Notes under the pieces: generated by a model | Seen by the model: only the letters and a program-made list of their open reading frames with translations | What the model was told of the DNA's origin: nothing | Database searches by the model: none | Translations under genes and position numbers: made by a program | Virus record (IMG/VR): IMGVR_UViG_3300026549_000001 | Location: 32,001-96,000 of that record | From: a virus | Taxonomy: Duplodnaviria; Heunggongvirae; Uroviricota; Caudoviricetes | DNA length: 64,000 bases | Reading direction: 5' to 3' (one strand) | Part shown: piece after piece, positions 20,808 to 31,786 of the stretch | How the letters are laid out: every line of letters begins with the position of its first letter | How positions within the stretch are numbered: position 1 is the stretch's first letter

Positions 20808-21750
20808 AGCAGGGGTCTTGTTTTGGTTTTATAGGAAATTTTACACCCTGCTTTGTATATCCTCCTATTTCTGTTGTTTCAGAAAAAATTGTATTTTGGG
20901 TTGTCATATCAACAACATCTGATGGAATAATCAATTTCGTTGCTTGCCCATCAGCTAAATTAGACAAAGCCTCATATTTTTTAAGTGTGAGAATCATTGC
21001 ATCAATATTAGATTGTTTCAAATAACTAATACCTGTTGCTTCAGCAAGAGAGCGTCTTTCTATAGCTTCTGCTTCACCCTCTGCCCTTATTCTCGCACTT
21101 TCTCTAAATCCTTCTGCTTCAAGGATTGCGGCTTGCTTTTCGCCTTCCGCACGAGTAATTACAGCAAGTTTATGTGCTTCCGCATCAAGTATCTTTTGTC
21201 GTTTATCTCTTTCCGCAATCATTTCTTTATCCATAGCGGATTTAATCTCTGCGGGGGGAAGAATATCTTTTAACTCAACACGAGTTACACGAATACCCCA
21301 TTTATCGGTTGCTTGGTCTAATAATTGAGTCAATTGTGCATTGATTTTATCACGGGAAGTCAAGCTCTCATCAAGAGTTAAGCCGCCCAACACATTTCTT
21401 AATACAGTTGTAGCCAAATTAGCTAATGATAGCAAGGGGTCAACCGCGCCATAGCAAAAAGACTTACTATCGAAAACATAATAATAAACAATACTATCAA
21501 CAGCAAGAGTTACATTATCTTTTGTTATAACTCTTTGAGGGGGAGTGTCAATTGTTCCCTCTTTAACAGATACTTTCTTTATTACACTATCTATAAAGGG
21601 AAACTTTAACTGCAATCCCGCATTTGCTGTTCTATGATATTTACCTAATCGTTCTATAACATATTGACTTGCTTGTGGAACAATAAAGATATTTCTATAA
21701 ATAAGAAAACCAATTCCACCAATTACTAAAATTGCAATAATCCACGGCAT
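20800..21750 (-). CDS. SPFH/band-7 (stomatin-like, QmcA-like) membrane protein
   Basis: N-terminal TM, ERLGKY, VITKDNV, WGIRVTRVE, AEG repeats. Confidence 0.9.
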   Translation of the reverse strand: MPWIIAILVIGGIGFLIYRNIFIVPQASQYVIERLGKYHRTANAGLQLKFPFIDSVIKKVSVKEGTIDTPPQRVITKDNVTLAVDSIVYYYVFDSKSFCYGAVDPLLSLANLATTVLRNVLGGLTLDESLTSRDKINAQLTQLLDQATDKWGIRVTRVELKDILPPAEIKSAMDKEMIAERDKRQKILDAEAHKLAVITRAEGEKQAAILEAEGFRESARIRAEGEAEAIERRSLAEATGISYLKQSNIDAMILTLKKYEALSNLADGQATKLIIPSDVVDMTTQNTIFSETTEIGGYTKQGVKFPIKPKQDPCCD

Positions 21751-21752
21751 CT

Positions 21753-22647
21753 TTATACAAATTTCCTTTCAAGTTGATAAGCCCATATATCATAATAGGG
21801 CGTATGTTCACATTTTATATCTATTATCTCATACTTTTCCCCATCACGAGTTACAACATCTTCTATTGCTAAATCATCAGGAGTTGATAAATATAAAATT
21901 AGTTCGGCACTTTTAAATGGGCAATACTCATTCTTTAAGGGTTGCATATATTCTCCCTTTGTGCAAAGCATTTCTATCTTTGCTCCTAATTGCATACAAA
22001 ATCTATCTAATAGATTACGAACAATTCTTATTGGAGCATCCACCACTTTGCTTTCTTGTTTAAGAAAATCAAAGTCTAATGAGAATGCTTCAGCTTGATA
22101 AAGACAATCCATACAATCCTTAATTGTAGAAGAATTAGATAAAATAATATTCCATACTTTAACTGCAAATGAGTTGTCTTTCTCTATTGCACCACTTATT
22201 ATTTTTTGATGTAAAGTGTCAATAGATTCATTCTGCATTTTTTTTCTTCTCCTTTACTTATGTAAGATTTTTACTTTTCTCCCAAATCTTGTTTATATCG
22301 TCCTCTTCTATTTCATCCATCACACAATCTTCACAATCGTTCATTAGGGCTACTAATTCTTCTTTGCTGTAATAATCCTCTAATAATGAAAGGGCATAAG
22401 CAACAAACAGATATTGAGTATCTATACTTATACTACCTTTTATATTTTCAGAAATATTGTCTCCGATTAGCTCTGCTTGTTCCTCCTCTGAAAAACCTTT
22501 ATCAGATAAATCACAACCTACGCGGTCAACCACAAAATCATCAAAACTTTGAGAATGTTCATTTTGTGAGTTATATTCATCCATTAAGGTTTTTATCATA
22601 TCAAAACCATAGTTCGTCCACAGATTAATAAATGTTTTCTGTATCAT
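21753..22647 (-). CDS. Two hypothetical proteins (21753-22238 and 22258-22647)
   Basis: ORF track. Confidence 0.5.
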
Positions 22648-22649
22648 AT

Positions 22650-22988
22650 TTAATCCTCAATTTTATTATTGATTCTAATTTTTTGTATATCTATTTTATA
22701 AAGCGGATAAGTGCAATATCCTGACCTACCATCTCTATTCATATATTCTCCCAGATTGTATTCTTTGAGAAAATCTTCAGCCCACGGGTTATTGTTTGTG
22801 TCAATATATGCTTCATCTTCAGGAAGAATTTCTCCCAAATTTACAGTTAGAGATGCAAATGGTTCTTCAGGAGTATTAAGTCTAACTGCTAAATTGTTAT
22901 TATTTGCATACTTTGTAAGTTCAATAGTACATTCATATACACCAAAAGGTGTTTTGACTTGATAGATACCATCAGTATTATAACTCAT
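22650..22988 (-). CDS. DUF4313-like protein
   Basis: EPFASLTVNL..AYIDTNN..SGYCTYPLY. Confidence 0.75.
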   Translation of the reverse strand: MSYNTDGIYQVKTPFGVYECTIELTKYANNNNLAVRLNTPEEPFASLTVNLGEILPEDEAYIDTNNNPWAEDFLKEYNLGEYMNRDGRSGYCTYPLYKIDIQKIRINNKIED

Positions 22989-23036
22989 TTTTCAACCTCT
23001 GTCAATAGTTTTGTTTGCAATTCCATAACATAATAA

Positions 23037-23595
23037 TTATACATATTTCTTTGCACAATTTAATAATAATGCTAAATCTTGTTTAGATAAGTCATTCATA
23101 TCAAAATGGGAATAGCATTGGATAGCTATGTTTAACTCTTCTGCATTTTTAAATGGGTGTAATTTGTATAATAAAAACGCAGTTATTTTATACAACATAT
23201 CGCCACTAAAAGACTCTCCTACTGCAAAATACCACATAAGATTATTTAAATTGGTCTCACATATATCCCATTTAGATAGGGCTGATGCTATACGCTCACC
23301 CCACTCTTTACTGTCATACACATCCTCCATGTTCGTGTATTTCTCTTCTCTAAAAATGGAATAAGCAACATCATTTAACCATTTGTTCCACATATCTTCA
23401 ACTATATTAAACTTAACCATTGTTTTTCTCCTACACTTCTTCTATATATAGCTCGCGTATACTTCCATCAGGAGAATAGTCATCAAACCTTATAGATAAA
23501 TCTCCCGTAAGTATTGTAGAATCATCAGGAATGTCGGAGAGAAATTTTTTTAGTTCTCCAACAGTTGTATCTTCTTTGATATACAATAACGGCAT
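23037..23595 (-). CDS. Two hypothetical proteins (23037-23420 and a 54-aa ORF at 23431-23595 absent from the track)
   Basis: RBSs present; second ORF translated by hand (MPLLYIKEDTTVGELKKF..). Confidence 0.5.
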
Positions 23596-23616
23596 AATAA
23601 TCTCCTTTTAAAAAAT

Positions 23617-24006
23617 TTATATTTCTTCCCATTTTTGGTCTTCTCTCTTGTCTATTTCGGCACTTTCACCATTAAACTCAAAAGTTGTTTTATCATCAGC
23701 AAAAGAGATTTCCTCTGTACCTTCCAATTCATCAAGCAATTCTTCTGTGTTAATTATTTCATCAGAATTATAACCCATAGGTGATAATCCTCTTAATTTA
23801 TAATATTCTTCTATATCTTCAAATTTAGAAAAGAATACTCTTGCAAATAAAGGTGTACCCGCAGACTGAATAACTGCCATACCAGGATATGTATTATCTA
23901 TTGTAGTTGCCAATGTATTATCTAATGCAACTAAACTACTTCCCGCTTCCGTTGCTTTGCCACAAAAACAACGAAATCCACAATTAGAAGTCAAAATTTT
24001 CCCCAC
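23617..24006 (-). CDS. FtsK-like ATPase 2, piece D: 8-aa intein C-tag plus C-terminal extein
   Basis: GTG start with AAGGAGGT RBS; MGKILTSN/CGFRCFCG..SSLVALDNTLA..PG matches the FtsK tail. Confidence 0.78.
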   Translation of the reverse strand: MGKILTSNCGFRCFCGKATEAGSSLVALDNTLATTIDNTYPGMAVIQSAGTPLFARVFFSKFEDIEEYYKLRGLSPMGYNSDEIINTEELLDELEGTEEISFADDKTTFEFNGESAEIDKREDQKWEEI

Positions 24007-24021
24007 AAAAAAGCAACCTCC

Positions 24022-25134
24022 TTAATATAATTTTCCCGCGCCATAAATTGTATGTTTGTCATCTTTATATATAATCATCGGTTCGGGAATTGTAGGTAAC
24101 AAATTATTCTTGTTAAAATCTCCAATAGGATAGTTGTCTGTTCCTTGTAATAAAGATTTTAATAGAGATAGTTGCTTATTAAAATCTTCAAACTCGTATA
24201 TGTGAATAAGTCTAATGCCTTTTTCTCTGCATAATAGACTTTTATTTAAATGTTTATCTATAATAGGACAATGTTCAATGCTATGCCAATGTGTACCATT
24301 ATATTCTATTGCTAACGACAAAGAAGGTATATATAAATCCAACTCATAAGGGGAAATTACTCTTCGTGTATTAGTAAGAATTTCTCCATTATATAATGTT
24401 TCTAAAAGTTGTAATATTCTATTTTCGGCTTCACTTCTTTGAGATTGGCTACTGTACGCTTGTATATCCTTTAGAAAGTCCTTTGATATATAAGTATTTA
24501 CCCCGTCTTTTATTGTAGGTAAATTAAGAGCAAACCAACCCTGTCCATATTCCGCTATAAGTGTTTTCTTGACAATACAATTATGAGTATGCTCAAAAGA
24601 ATGAATGTTTTTTCAACGGGTAATATTTGCTTTTTCCTTGCGGGATTGTTCTTCTGATGTAGTTTTTATACTATGCCATTTTTTATTTCTATTTGATAAT
24701 GTAGCACGAAACTGTTGTTTTTCATCGTCTGAAAGAGCGTTATAACGAGCATAATACTTTTCCCGCAACAATTCTTTGGTGGCTTGTTTTGATTGTTCGC
24801 TTCGTTGAGATAACCCTTGTGATATTCTTTTTCCAAACTCATTACCATAGGTTTCTCTAATGGTAAAAAGTCGTTTCGTATGTGACTGCTGTAATTGTTC
24901 CTCTGTATAATGTTTATTTTGATATGTGGTAGCACAAGATGTAGAACAAAATTTTCTATACCCTTTGGACAAACTTATAAAAGTAGTTGGTTTTCCACAA
25001 ATTAAACACTTACCATCTTCCACATTTATATAAGTATCATAATATTCTTTTGGAATAACATTATGTGTATGGGATAGATGTCGGCTAAATCCTTCAGTTG
25101 TAGTAAACAGTTTGTTACAAAAATGACAAATCAT
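24022..25134 (-). pseudogene. Homing endonuclease family gene interrupted by an in-frame TGA at 24613-24615
   Basis: ORFs 24613-25134 and 24022-24342 share a frame; reading through gives ITR*KNIHSFE..YGQGW as in the paralogs. Confidence 0.75.
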
Positions 25135-26597
25135 TTATCCTTAATCCATAGGTCGCAATTTTCCCCATCAATAATTCTAACATAGTCGGGGCGTTGTTTT
25201 AGCCACCAAGTAACATCAAGCTCTTGATTAGTAACTATAGCATCAAAATCATATTTCTTAAAATAATGGTCTATAATTGCCCCATCTTTATCTTTTCTCA
25301 TTTGCATAAAAATATGAACCGAATCTTCATATCCCATTTCTTTTATATAGGGGTGCTGTCTTGTATCTTGAAACACTTTTATATCATTCCATAATAATAT
25401 ATTTCCAACGGCATATCCATTTAATAGTCTACTTGGTTTATTATTTTTTAGATATTCTACTATGTCAGATGATATATATTCTGATGAAGTGTTTAATACA
25501 TACTTATCCATTGTACTATATGAGTAAACAAATGACAGTAAGCAAAAGATTGTGGATAGTATGCTTGTAGAAATTATAATCCACCATTTATGATGAATTG
25601 CTCTTTTATTATATTCAAGAGGGGCTTTGTCAAACAACTGCTCAATATAGGTATATCCTAAAATCGGATAACAATATACTAATAATGTGCTACTTTTTAT
25701 CGCCTTAAAAGTTAGTACAAATAATATACATAATAAGCCTATATTTATAAAATCTTTTCGGCTGTATTTTCTTTTAGAACAAAACAATACTATTATTAAG
25801 AATAGTGTGCCAATTATCTGTGGAACAAAACTACTCTGAAAAGGTTGCCACTCTGAAATATAAGAGTTGTCAGCCAAAATAGCTTTAAGCATACTTATAA
25901 TAGGAGTATAACCTAATGGATTAACTAACAGCCCTATACTAAATAATAGAATGGAGCAAATTCTATATCCTATATATCTTATAGATATAACTTCTTTATC
26001 TTTATACAAAAGAGCAGATATAAAATCTAATCCAAATTGAGCGCACATAAATCCCAATAATACTATTGCCTGTCCGCAATGAAAATTAGATAGAAATACC
26101 CCTATTAGAAAATAGAATAGTATATTTCTAAAATCAATCTTCTTATTATATAAATATAGTATAATTATAAAACAAAAGGTAGAATACTCTGATGGTCTAT
26201 TTATTGGAGTAGCATATAATAATAAGTGTACTAATAAATATACTCCACCAAATAATACTATATTTTTTGGTTTAACTATTCTAACACTTACATAGAATAA
26301 TATAATACTAAAAACCGCGTGTATAATATAAAAACCATAGATATTAAATATATGCACTACATTATATAATAATACATCAAACAACCATTCTTGTTGATTC
26401 CACTCACTATTTGTTAGCCAAGTAAATGTATTATTTGTGGTTATCGTTCCTGTATTGGTTATTTGTTCTCCAATTTTTATATGCCACAAATAATCATAAT
26501 CATTAGAGTATCTTCCTAATAAGGTAATCCAAAAAATCAAAAAGAAAATAGTGATTATAATATATTTATCTATGCTTTTGGTTTTTAGTAGTTTCAT
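25131..26597 (-). CDS. Multi-TM protein, probable GT-C glycosyltransferase
   Basis: DYLWHIKIG..W..QEWLF, NFH.G, NPLG, ISEWQP and VFQDTR motifs with about 11 TM helices. Confidence 0.65.
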   Translation of the reverse strand: MKLLKTKSIDKYIIITIFFLIFWITLLGRYSNDYDYLWHIKIGEQITNTGTITTNNTFTWLTNSEWNQQEWLFDVLLYNVVHIFNIYGFYIIHAVFSIILFYVSVRIVKPKNIVLFGGVYLLVHLLLYATPINRPSEYSTFCFIIILYLYNKKIDFRNILFYFLIGVFLSNFHCGQAIVLLGFMCAQFGLDFISALLYKDKEVISIRYIGYRICSILLFSIGLLVNPLGYTPIISMLKAILADNSYISEWQPFQSSFVPQIIGTLFLIIVLFCSKRKYSRKDFINIGLLCILFVLTFKAIKSSTLLVYCYPILGYTYIEQLFDKAPLEYNKRAIHHKWWIIISTSILSTIFCLLSFVYSYSTMDKYVLNTSSEYISSDIVEYLKNNKPSRLLNGYAVGNILLWNDIKVFQDTRQHPYIKEMGYEDSVHIFMQMRKDKDGAIIDHYFKKYDFDAIVTNQELDVTWWLKQRPDYVRIIDGENCDLWIKDK

Positions 26598-26643
26598 ACT
26601 ATTCCCGTAAGTGGTTTTTCACCCCGTCTAAAAAATTAAGGTA

Positions 26644-27126
26644 TTACAACAAATCCATAATTACCAAGTCTGTTCCTTGTGAATTCTCATAAATTACATC
26701 ATAATCATCTGCTTTAATAGATAATTCTTGACAGACAAGTTTAATCAAGTCATCTTCTATAATGGTCGTTTTTCCTTTTACATACTCAATTAGTTTTGGA
26801 ACAATAGACTTAAATGCTCCATAAACAACTATACAATCCTTAATATCATCATCGGATTTAAGTTCATTGTATTTCAAACCCGTTTCAAGAGCTTCCAAGT
26901 CAATAATTAACTCGTTGTTATGGTCGATTATACTAAATCTTTCATAAGAAGAAAAATATATAGTAAGGTGGTCTACATTATCAGGCATATCACCGCTAAA
27001 AGTATTTGGTGAAATGTTTATTGTAAAACTTCTGTCTGCTTGCACAAGTTCTTTAAAAATAATATAACTAAAATCATCTAACCCGTTCAAAATGCGGGAT
27101 AAATCATTTACTTTCAAAAATGCCAT
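26644..27126 (-). CDS. Hypothetical protein (C-terminus resembles 51534-52022)
   Basis: DDLIKLV..YDVIYENS versus DDVIKLV..YDIIWDNS. Confidence 0.55.
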   Translation of the reverse strand: MAFLKVNDLSRILNGLDDFSYIIFKELVQADRSFTINISPNTFSGDMPDNVDHLTIYFSSYERFSIIDHNNELIIDLEALETGLKYNELKSDDDIKDCIVVYGAFKSIVPKLIEYVKGKTTIIEDDLIKLVCQELSIKADDYDVIYENSQGTDLVIMDLL

Positions 27127-27129
27127 AAA

Positions 27130-27480
27130 TTAATCTTCTCCATAAATTACAAATAAACTATCTTCTGTGTCAGTAGTAATACATCTTACTGGTTCGGGTT
27201 TAATTTCCTGTATAGATAATAATTTACTACCACAAAAATCGACTGTTTGAAAATACTCAAAATCATCAAAGATGTTAAGAGTATCAGTTATATATTTTAG
27301 TTCGTTTATATAATAATGCCATTGGTGATTCCAAGAGCATTTTACCTTCCCATTATCAAATGTTAAAAGAAACATTCTTAAAGGGAGATGGATAGGAGTA
27401 AGGTCTAATACTGTGTGGGGTTTACCATCATAACCAATAACCTTATCTCCTATTTTTACATCTCGTAGCTTTTTCTTCAA
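27130..27480 (-). CDS. Free-standing Hint core, middle piece of split intein 3 (class 3-like)
   Basis: LRDVKIGDKVIGYDGKP; CSWNHQW block B; EPVRCITTD..LF block F; no block A or G. Confidence 0.85.
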   Translation of the reverse strand: MKKKLRDVKIGDKVIGYDGKPHTVLDLTPIHLPLRMFLLTFDNGKVKCSWNHQWHYYINELKYITDTLNIFDDFEYFQTVDFCGSKLLSIQEIKPEPVRCITTDTEDSLFVIYGED

Positions 27481-27504
27481 GTTATATTTCCCTTCATAAT
27501 TAAA

Positions 27505-27777
27505 TTAGGATAATCCTAATGCAATTCGTGTTATAATGATGGTATCAGCAATTCCTACTGTACCATCGCCATCCATATCAGCCCTCGCTGGCATAAAAAC
27601 ACCGTTGGTAATTCCCAACATAACATAACGCATTGTTGCAATAGCATCAGCAATGGTTACGGCACTATCTCCGTTCACATCTCCCAAAAGAGGAGCGGGG
27701 AGTGTTTCGGCAAAAGCGGGAACTGCAAGAGCCATAATCATAATAGCGACTAAACTGAACACAAGTAATTTCTTCAT
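27505..27777 (-). CDS. Secreted stand-alone type I dockerin
   Basis: Signal peptide plus duplicated GDVNGDSAVTIADA / ADMDGDGTVGIAD. Confidence 0.85.
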   Translation of the reverse strand: MKKLLVFSLVAIMIMALAVPAFAETLPAPLLGDVNGDSAVTIADAIATMRYVMLGITNGVFMPARADMDGDGTVGIADTIIITRIALGLS

Positions 27778-27828
27778 ATAAAAAGATTCTCCTATAAAAT
27801 AATTTTAGTTATAAAGGATATTCTACTG

Positions 27829-28567
27829 CTATTCTTCCAAATAATTCTTTTCTATTTCTGTCCAACAATGTTCAAAAAAATGAATAGCCTTACCAATATC
27901 ATCATCTGCCTCAATTGATGTTTCCGTATTATAGACTTCTTCACCATCATCAGGCATTAACCAATCCATATCATATTCTTTCATATAACTATTATTATAA
28001 GCTACCTTACCACATATACGGTAAGTATCTAATAGGTATTCCCCATCATCTCCCTTGTTTTCAAAGCCATCAACCCAAGCTAATACAACAGCCCAAGTTT
28101 TCCGACCTTGTTTAAGTATAGTTGAATAATATGTTGAAGATGTATCTCTATGTTTTTTAAGAGTATCTATAAAATCTCTTACTTCATTATATACTATCAT
28201 AATATTTCCTCTTTAAATATTCGGCAAACGCAATATCATTTTGTTCCATAAAATAACCCGACTCTAATTGTCCCTCATACCATTTTTGAGCGGTTTCAGC
28301 CAAGTCTTTATCTACCTCTACACCATTAAAATAATCTTCCACTATATGAACTAAATGAAATACACCTAACTGTCTACATTGTTTCAAAAAATTAAAACCG
28401 AATGCTCCTAATTTTGGAAATTTGACAATCCAAGTTTTTTCTTCTTCAGTATACATAGGATAAGATTGTCCGTTAAGCTCCCAAGTCATATTTATTACAG
28501 AATCAATAAGAGATGGATTATTTTGTTGAATAATATTTACTTCTCTCGGTGTTAAGTCTCTACTCAT
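27829..28567 (-). CDS. Two hypothetical proteins (27829-28200 and 28187-28567)
   Basis: ORF track; overlapping and coupled. Confidence 0.55.
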
Positions 28568-28569
28568 AA

Positions 28570-28908
28570 CTATTCTTCTATTTCTACCAAAGTATCAAGG
28601 CTTAAAGGATTTGACCTTAATACTGTGGGTACAATATCTGCTTTTGGTTTCTGTGTAGCTATACTTATATGTATACCCGCACTTCTACCTAACTGTGCTA
28701 TTGATGATAAGATTGATACTATTTCATCTTTTAGCGCATCTTCTTCCTTTGCTTCGGCACTTTTCATACCACTATGCTGTGTCAACTCTGCCAACTCGTC
28801 ACAAATCACCAATAATACTTGTAACTCATCAGAATATATATAATCTACGCAGTTTGCATTAACAGGAATCCAATCCGTACCATTAAGGCAAACTTCCACT
28901 TCTTTCAT
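28570..28908 (-). CDS. FtsK-like ATPase 2, piece C: Walker B region plus a 12-aa intein N-tag (28573-28608)
   Basis: LLVICDELAEL..IAQLGRSAGIHISIATQKP..LRSN/PLSLDTLVEIEE*; likely start ATG 28908. Confidence 0.85.
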   Translation of the reverse strand: MKEVEVCLNGTDWIPVNANCVDYIYSDELQVLLVICDELAELTQHSGMKSAEAKEEDALKDEIVSILSSIAQLGRSAGIHISIATQKPKADIVPTVLRSNPLSLDTLVEIEE

Positions 28909-29308
28909 TACAATACCACCTTTCTTAAAAACAACTACATTCTTAACATAGTTTTTGCTCGTTGTTTCTGTCAATTTGTATATTCCAAACAAATTAAGAT
29001 AGGCATAATCGTTTGTATTATTATAACATAACCCATTATAAAAATCAACATTAGAGGTGTTATAAAAACCGTTACTCTAAAAAAGCAAGTATAACCGCAA
29101 AACTATAAAACTTCATCACTTTTGCGGATATATCATTAGCGTTTTATTCACTCATAAAAGCGAATTAAGTGAATATTCACTCTTTTATTTGGAATATAAA
29201 TAAATCATAAGGTGAAATTACTTTTAGAACATTTATAATAATTTCCCCACTATATCAACACGCATTATTTGAGTGTTGTTTTATAAACATATCGTTCGCG
29301 TTTAACGA

Positions 29309-30525
29309 TTATCGGTCTTGATTGCCTAACTCTATAAGCGGTTCAATAAGGAACTGATGTAAGAAGGAATATCTGTCTTGTACTTCCTTCAAATCCTCAA
29401 GATATTGGTCTAAACAAGTTTCAGATAAAAAGCGTTGTGCAAGTTCTTTATAATCATTTAAAGGAATATTATATTTTTCAAAATCAGAATCAGTCAGTCC
29501 CCAATCCACAACAGATGTTTTATAAGTCCAATAACTAACAAACTCATATTCGGCATATTTGTTTTGCATATAAACAAATATACTTTGTAATATATTAATT
29601 ATTTCATCGGGTAAGCAATGTTGTTTTATAAGAGAACCTATTTCCTCAATATAACAATAATCTTTATACCAATTAGAAAAACACCTCAAAGATTTAATAT
29701 TTCTTAATAAATATTTTCCATCTTGTTTATCCACATAAACAACAGCGTTATGTGCTATGTCAGATGCATAAAACCCCTCATAAAAAACTTGGTTTTTATA
29801 AGCAACTGTTTTTGTTACATCCATATAGATTATTGCTCCCTTGCTGTAATTAAATATAATCCATTCAACTGTGCTTTTACTCTGTCTGGATTTCTTTCAA
29901 GGTCTATATGATAATTGTTAAAATCATCTTCTTTAATTACCACATATTCATTTATTGCATCATTATCAACACGCGCCTTTAGGTCAAATTTAATACCATT
30001 AAACTTACCTTTCTTTATTTGGTCTTGATAAAACAATTCCCACAAGTCGTATTCATCACTACTATCTATCCACCTATTAACTCTATCCATCAACATTTCA
30101 AGAAAGAGTTCATCTTCAATAAAAACATTAACCATATTATAACCTCATTATATTTCTATATCACCATATACTATATAATAATCTTTGGTGGGGTCTAATA
30201 TATAATTACCCCAAGTTCCTTTTATTATATGTGCGTTCTTATCTACGATTTCAGTAATCTTGCCTTTTGTGTCCAACCCATCATTAAATCGCTTATTTAC
30301 AGGGTCTTTAGTAAGGTGAGATGCTAATACTAAAACTGAATCCCCTTTCTGTGGTTCATCTAAATAATTATATTCTACTGTTCTATAAATAGTTTCCGCT
30401 AATAGTACATGATGTTGTAAACATTCTTTACAAACATATTCGTAATCCTCTTGTGGACAAAGGGGGTCAGCCGCAAATACTTCATCCCCTGGAATTAAAG
30501 CTTTTCCGCAAAGATAACAATTCAT
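29309..30525 (-). CDS. Three hypothetical proteins (29309-29824, 29830-30135 and the Zn-finger-like 30148-30525)
   Basis: ORF track; CxxC pairs in the last. Confidence 0.5.
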
Positions 30526-31218
30526 TTAATATATCTCCCAAATACTTTCAAAAACACTTGTAACTGTTATGTCATTAGCTTCTGAAAGCATCTCGTCTAA
30601 TACTTTTATTTTTTCTTCGTTAGTTGGCGCACTTGAACATTTCATCATTCTTGCTTCGTCAAAAGTACCATACGACTGTGTTTTAAAATTAAAATTGATA
30701 GTAGATAATTCAACGCCCTCATATCCTAAATGTTCTGCAATTCCGCGTATCTCTATGTGTATATTATCAATAGCGTTATTGGTAGCTTTTGCTTTAAGAC
30801 TTGCAAAGGTATTTTCTGTTAGAGTAAAATCAATATTTATTCCACCACCTAAATTATTGGTTTCTAACAACAATTCGGCAAAGACTTTTCTATTATCTTC
30901 AAAAGGAAGCTCAATAGAAAAATACCCTGTAATATAATGATATTCCAATTCGTCCTTATAAGTTGTTTTATCGTCTTTCTTAACTTCTACTCTTCTATAT
31001 TTAGCAGACTTTTTATATTCACTAAACTTTAATAGATTTTCTGAATAACCATACTTCGATAACACTCTCGTAATAACTGTCTTAAACTTTGTCAAGTCTT
31101 TACAAAATAAATCTATAAGTCCTTTATCTTGTAATGCCTTTGTAGTAATGGTTAAAAACACCTTACCTAAATTTGCAGGATGTTTAGCTTTTCCTTCACC
31201 ATTCTTAATAATCTTCAT
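30526..31218 (-). CDS. SIMPL/DUF541-like protein
   Basis: G-E-G..P start, FTL..A..NA..A..LG pattern, ends WEI. Confidence 0.55.
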   Translation of the reverse strand: MKIIKNGEGKAKHPANLGKVFLTITTKALQDKGLIDLFCKDLTKFKTVITRVLSKYGYSENLLKFSEYKKSAKYRRVEVKKDDKTTYKDELEYHYITGYFSIELPFEDNRKVFAELLLETNNLGGGINIDFTLTENTFASLKAKATNNAIDNIHIEIRGIAEHLGYEGVELSTINFNFKTQSYGTFDEARMMKCSSAPTNEEKIKVLDEMLSEANDITVTSVFESIWEIY

Positions 31219-31250
31219 AATACTTTACAACATTCTCCCAATTTAATATA

Positions 31251-31721
31251 TTATGTACTATGTAAAAGTTCTACAAGTTCACTTGCTTTCATAGATGTTT
31301 CCTCTCCATCTACTCTTACTTTTATAGTATCATTTTCATTATATTCCCTACCTGTAACATAAACCTTGTCAGTTTTTTTACTTGGCAAATAATCTGTTAA
31401 GGATTTTATTCCCATCTTTGCCATTTCCTTATTTCGCTTATACATACATAATCTTGCAATGCGTAATAATTCAACCGCCTCTTTAACACTATTGGCAACA
31501 CCAACTATTCCGTTCATTCCTTTATAATTAGAATATTCAACTTGCTTAATATCAATCAATCCTAATGCAATCTTATCTCGGTGTTCGATACAATGTATTA
31601 TAAGATTCTGGGTTAAAACGGAGTTATGAGATTTAATTCCATTGGTAATATAAGAGCCTGTATTTGTACTGACACAAAAACAAGGTAGTTTGCCAACAGG
31701 TTCACAAGATAATAGTTTCAT
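31251..31721 (-). CDS. FtsK-like ATPase 2, piece B: 33-aa intein C-fragment (31623-31721) plus extein
   Basis: MKLLSCEPVGKLPCFCVST..IKSHN/SVLTQNLI..LIDIKQVEY..MYKR. Confidence 0.87.
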   Translation of the reverse strand: MKLLSCEPVGKLPCFCVSTNTGSYITNGIKSHNSVLTQNLIIHCIEHRDKIALGLIDIKQVEYSNYKGMNGIVGVANSVKEAVELLRIARLCMYKRNKEMAKMGIKSLTDYLPSKKTDKVYVTGREYNENDTIKVRVDGEETSMKASELVELLHST

Positions 31722-31786
31722 AATTACTTCCTTTCAAGATAATAATATTTCTTTTTAGTGACTAAAAAGAATTTATTCTATCAACC

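Noticed and set aside
24613-24615. Stop-codon reassignment suggested by in-frame TGA/TAA in two endonuclease genes
   Set aside because: The two cases use different codons, and all three stops terminate conserved genes normally elsewhere; simple nonsense mutations are more likely
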